This document shows positions 62,305 to 64,000 of a DNA stretch of 64,000 nucleotides, piece by piece. Under the pieces are notes generated by a model. It did no database searches. It saw only the letters and a list, made by a program, of their open reading frames with translations, and was not told the DNA's origin. How positions within the stretch are numbered: the stretch's first letter is position 1; the number at the start of each line of letters is the position of its first letter. A program made the position numbers and the translations under genes. This DNA comes from Nostoc sp. (GTDB taxonomy: Bacteria > Cyanobacteriota > Cyanobacteriia > Cyanobacteriales > Nostocaceae): the NCBI GenBank assembly GCA_036918135.1, contig JBALDB010000006.1, positions 1 to 64,000 on the forward strand. Reading direction: 5' to 3'.

Positions 62305-62979
62305 CTATTCTCGCAGTACATAGCCCACGCCACGCACTGTATGAATCAAGCGTTTTTCATGATTTTCTTCTAGTTTTAGACGCAAGTAACGGATGTAGAC
62401 TTCAATAATGTTGGAATTACCCATAAAGTCATAACCCCAAACTTTCTGTAAAATTTGGTCTTTAGTAAATACCTGACGGGGATGTAAAAGTATATATTCT
62501 AATAAATCAAACTCTTTTGCCGTTAATTCAATTGCCCGATTACCTCGGTAAACTTGGCGAGTACGATGACTTAGACTTAAGTCTTCAAACTGTAAAATGT
62601 CCTGATTTGTTTCTTGAGTACGGCGTAAATGAGCGCGGATTCTAGCTAGCAGTTCTTCAATACTAAATGGTTTGACTACATAATCATCTGCTCCGGCATC
62701 CAAACCTGCTACACGATCGTTAACTTCATCTTTTGCTGTCAATAATATTACTGGTATAGAGATACCAGTTGCCCGCAACCGACGACAGATTTCTAAACCT
62801 GACAGTCCTGGTAGCATCCAATCAAGAATAACTAAATCCGGTGATAACTCGCGTGCTAAAGTTAAACCAGTGATTCCATCATGTGCCACATTTATATTGT
62901 AACCTTCGCTATTTAATTCCAATTCAACAAATCGCGCTAGTTTAACTTCGTCTTCAACTAAAAGAATATTTACTGACAT
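62305..62979 (-). CDS. OmpR-family response regulator
   Basis: LLVEDE, ILDWMLP, GADDYVVKPF, LTAKEFDLL, TVRGVGY. Confidence 0.96.
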   Translation of the reverse strand: MSVNILLVEDEVKLARFVELELNSEGYNINVAHDGITGLTLARELSPDLVILDWMLPGLSGLEICRRLRATGISIPVILLTAKDEVNDRVAGLDAGADDYVVKPFSIEELLARIRAHLRRTQETNQDILQFEDLSLSHRTRQVYRGNRAIELTAKEFDLLEYILLHPRQVFTKDQILQKVWGYDFMGNSNIIEVYIRYLRLKLEENHEKRLIHTVRGVGYVLRE

Positions 62980-63151
62980 ATTTTTGCTCTGATAGCAGAT
63001 ATATAAGGTCAGAATAGAATTGCTATTTTCAGCTATCTTTTATTAATTATCGAGACTGAGACATTTTTGAGGCAGAAATAAGCCTCAAACCCATACATGG
63101 CAAGGAAAATACACCAAAGGCTCAAAAATGCTTGAAACCCAGATATATTAA

Positions 63152-63306
63152 CGGGACTTAAACAAAAATTAAGCCCAAATAAAGCCCGAACTGGCTTTGT
63201 AAGCAGCAAATACGTCACGGAGGGTCAACCAATCAAAAAATCGATAAGACATAGCCGTTCTAAAGGCTTTATCAGCTTCAGTAAAGGTGTTAAAAGGTTT
63301 ACTTGC
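63152..63306 (-). mobile_element. 3' remnant of an IS701-like transposase with IS end
   Basis: SKPFNTFTEADKAFRTAMSYRFFDWLTLRDVFAAYKASSGFIWA*, then TTTTTGTTTAAGTCCCG; resembles Nostocales IS701 transposase C-termini as recalled. Confidence 0.7.
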
Positions 63307-63454
63307 GTTTCTTTCATCAGCTTTTTCAACGTGAAAGCTATGCTGAGACAGTATTATACTCTTTTTTCCTTTACTGTTTTTTTAAGTTCCGTTAATAATA
63401 TAAGTAAAACGATGTCAAAGTCTCTCTGTATATAAGTTTTATGGTTTTTTCAGG

Positions 63455-64000
63455 CTATTTTTTGTCTAAAGTTATTGTAAACATACTTCCTTCTCCTAAC
63501 TTTGATTCCACAGATACATTACCCCCCATACCTTCTACGAGTGTTTTAACGATTGATAAACCCAAACCAGAACCTCTAGCGGCTTGAGAGCGGAATTCAT
63601 CTACGCGGTAAAATCGCTCAAAAATCCGTGTTTGATGTTGTAAAGGAATGCCATACCCTCGATCGAAAACTTGAATAATCACTTTGTCATGAACTTGATT
63701 TAGCTTTATACTCACGGACGTACCATCTTCAGAATACTTAATAGCATTATCAATCAAATTGAGCAATACTTGTTTAAGACGACTGTAGTCTGCTTTCACT
63801 TCAATAGGGTAAATTGTTGACTCAATTGTAATTAAGCGATCGCTATATTTTTGTGACATAACAACCACTTCTTCAACTAGGTCATTTAGTACATAAGATT
63901 TCATCTGAAAATATAAATAACCACTATCTGCTCGTGCTAAATCAAGTAAATCTTGTAGCAGGCGAATGATACGTTCAGTTTCCGATGCAGCAGTTTCTAA
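63455..64000 (-). CDS. Sensor histidine kinase, 3' part (start lies beyond the window)
   Basis: Frame open to the window edge (LETAASETERIIRLLQDLLDLARAD); NLIDNAIKY, DRGYG, FERFYR, GSGLGL. Confidence 0.93.
   Translation of the reverse strand, partial: LETAASETERIIRLLQDLLDLARADSGYLYFQMKSYVLNDLVEEVVVMSQKYSDRLITIESTIYPIEVKADYSRLKQVLLNLIDNAIKYSEDGTSVSIKLNQVHDKVIIQVFDRGYGIPLQHQTRIFERFYRVDEFRSQAARGSGLGLSIVKTLVEGMGGNVSVESKLGEGSMFTITLDKK

Overview
Chromosomal window from an AT-rich cyanobacterium, almost certainly Nostocales (abundant HIP1 GCGATCGC, heptamer STRR arrays, SDR-type micro-elements). Core genes: 5' end of psbA, infC, PSRP-3, map, tRNA-Lys(CTT), glcD, miaA, gyrB, sigA, an hli gene, a ParC-like GyrA paralog and urtABCDE. 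Accessory genes: two MacAB-type efflux clusters, a flippase, a cytochrome P450, a CPA1 antiporter, TrkA and signalling genes. I found no CRISPR array, prophage or intact transposase, and no single large novel operon. Most notable: (i) a nested set of miniature mobile elements, where two insertions show a TA target duplication directly; (ii) two full-length signalling proteins with degenerate catalytic motifs (a DXCF cyanobacteriochrome pseudo-histidine kinase and a WD40 pseudokinase); (iii) many pseudogenes and fragments with readable lesions; (iv) a urt operon split by an inverted pfkB gene; (v) a small orphan protein resembling an RHH + HARP fusion. All calls come from reading the sequence; no database searches were run.
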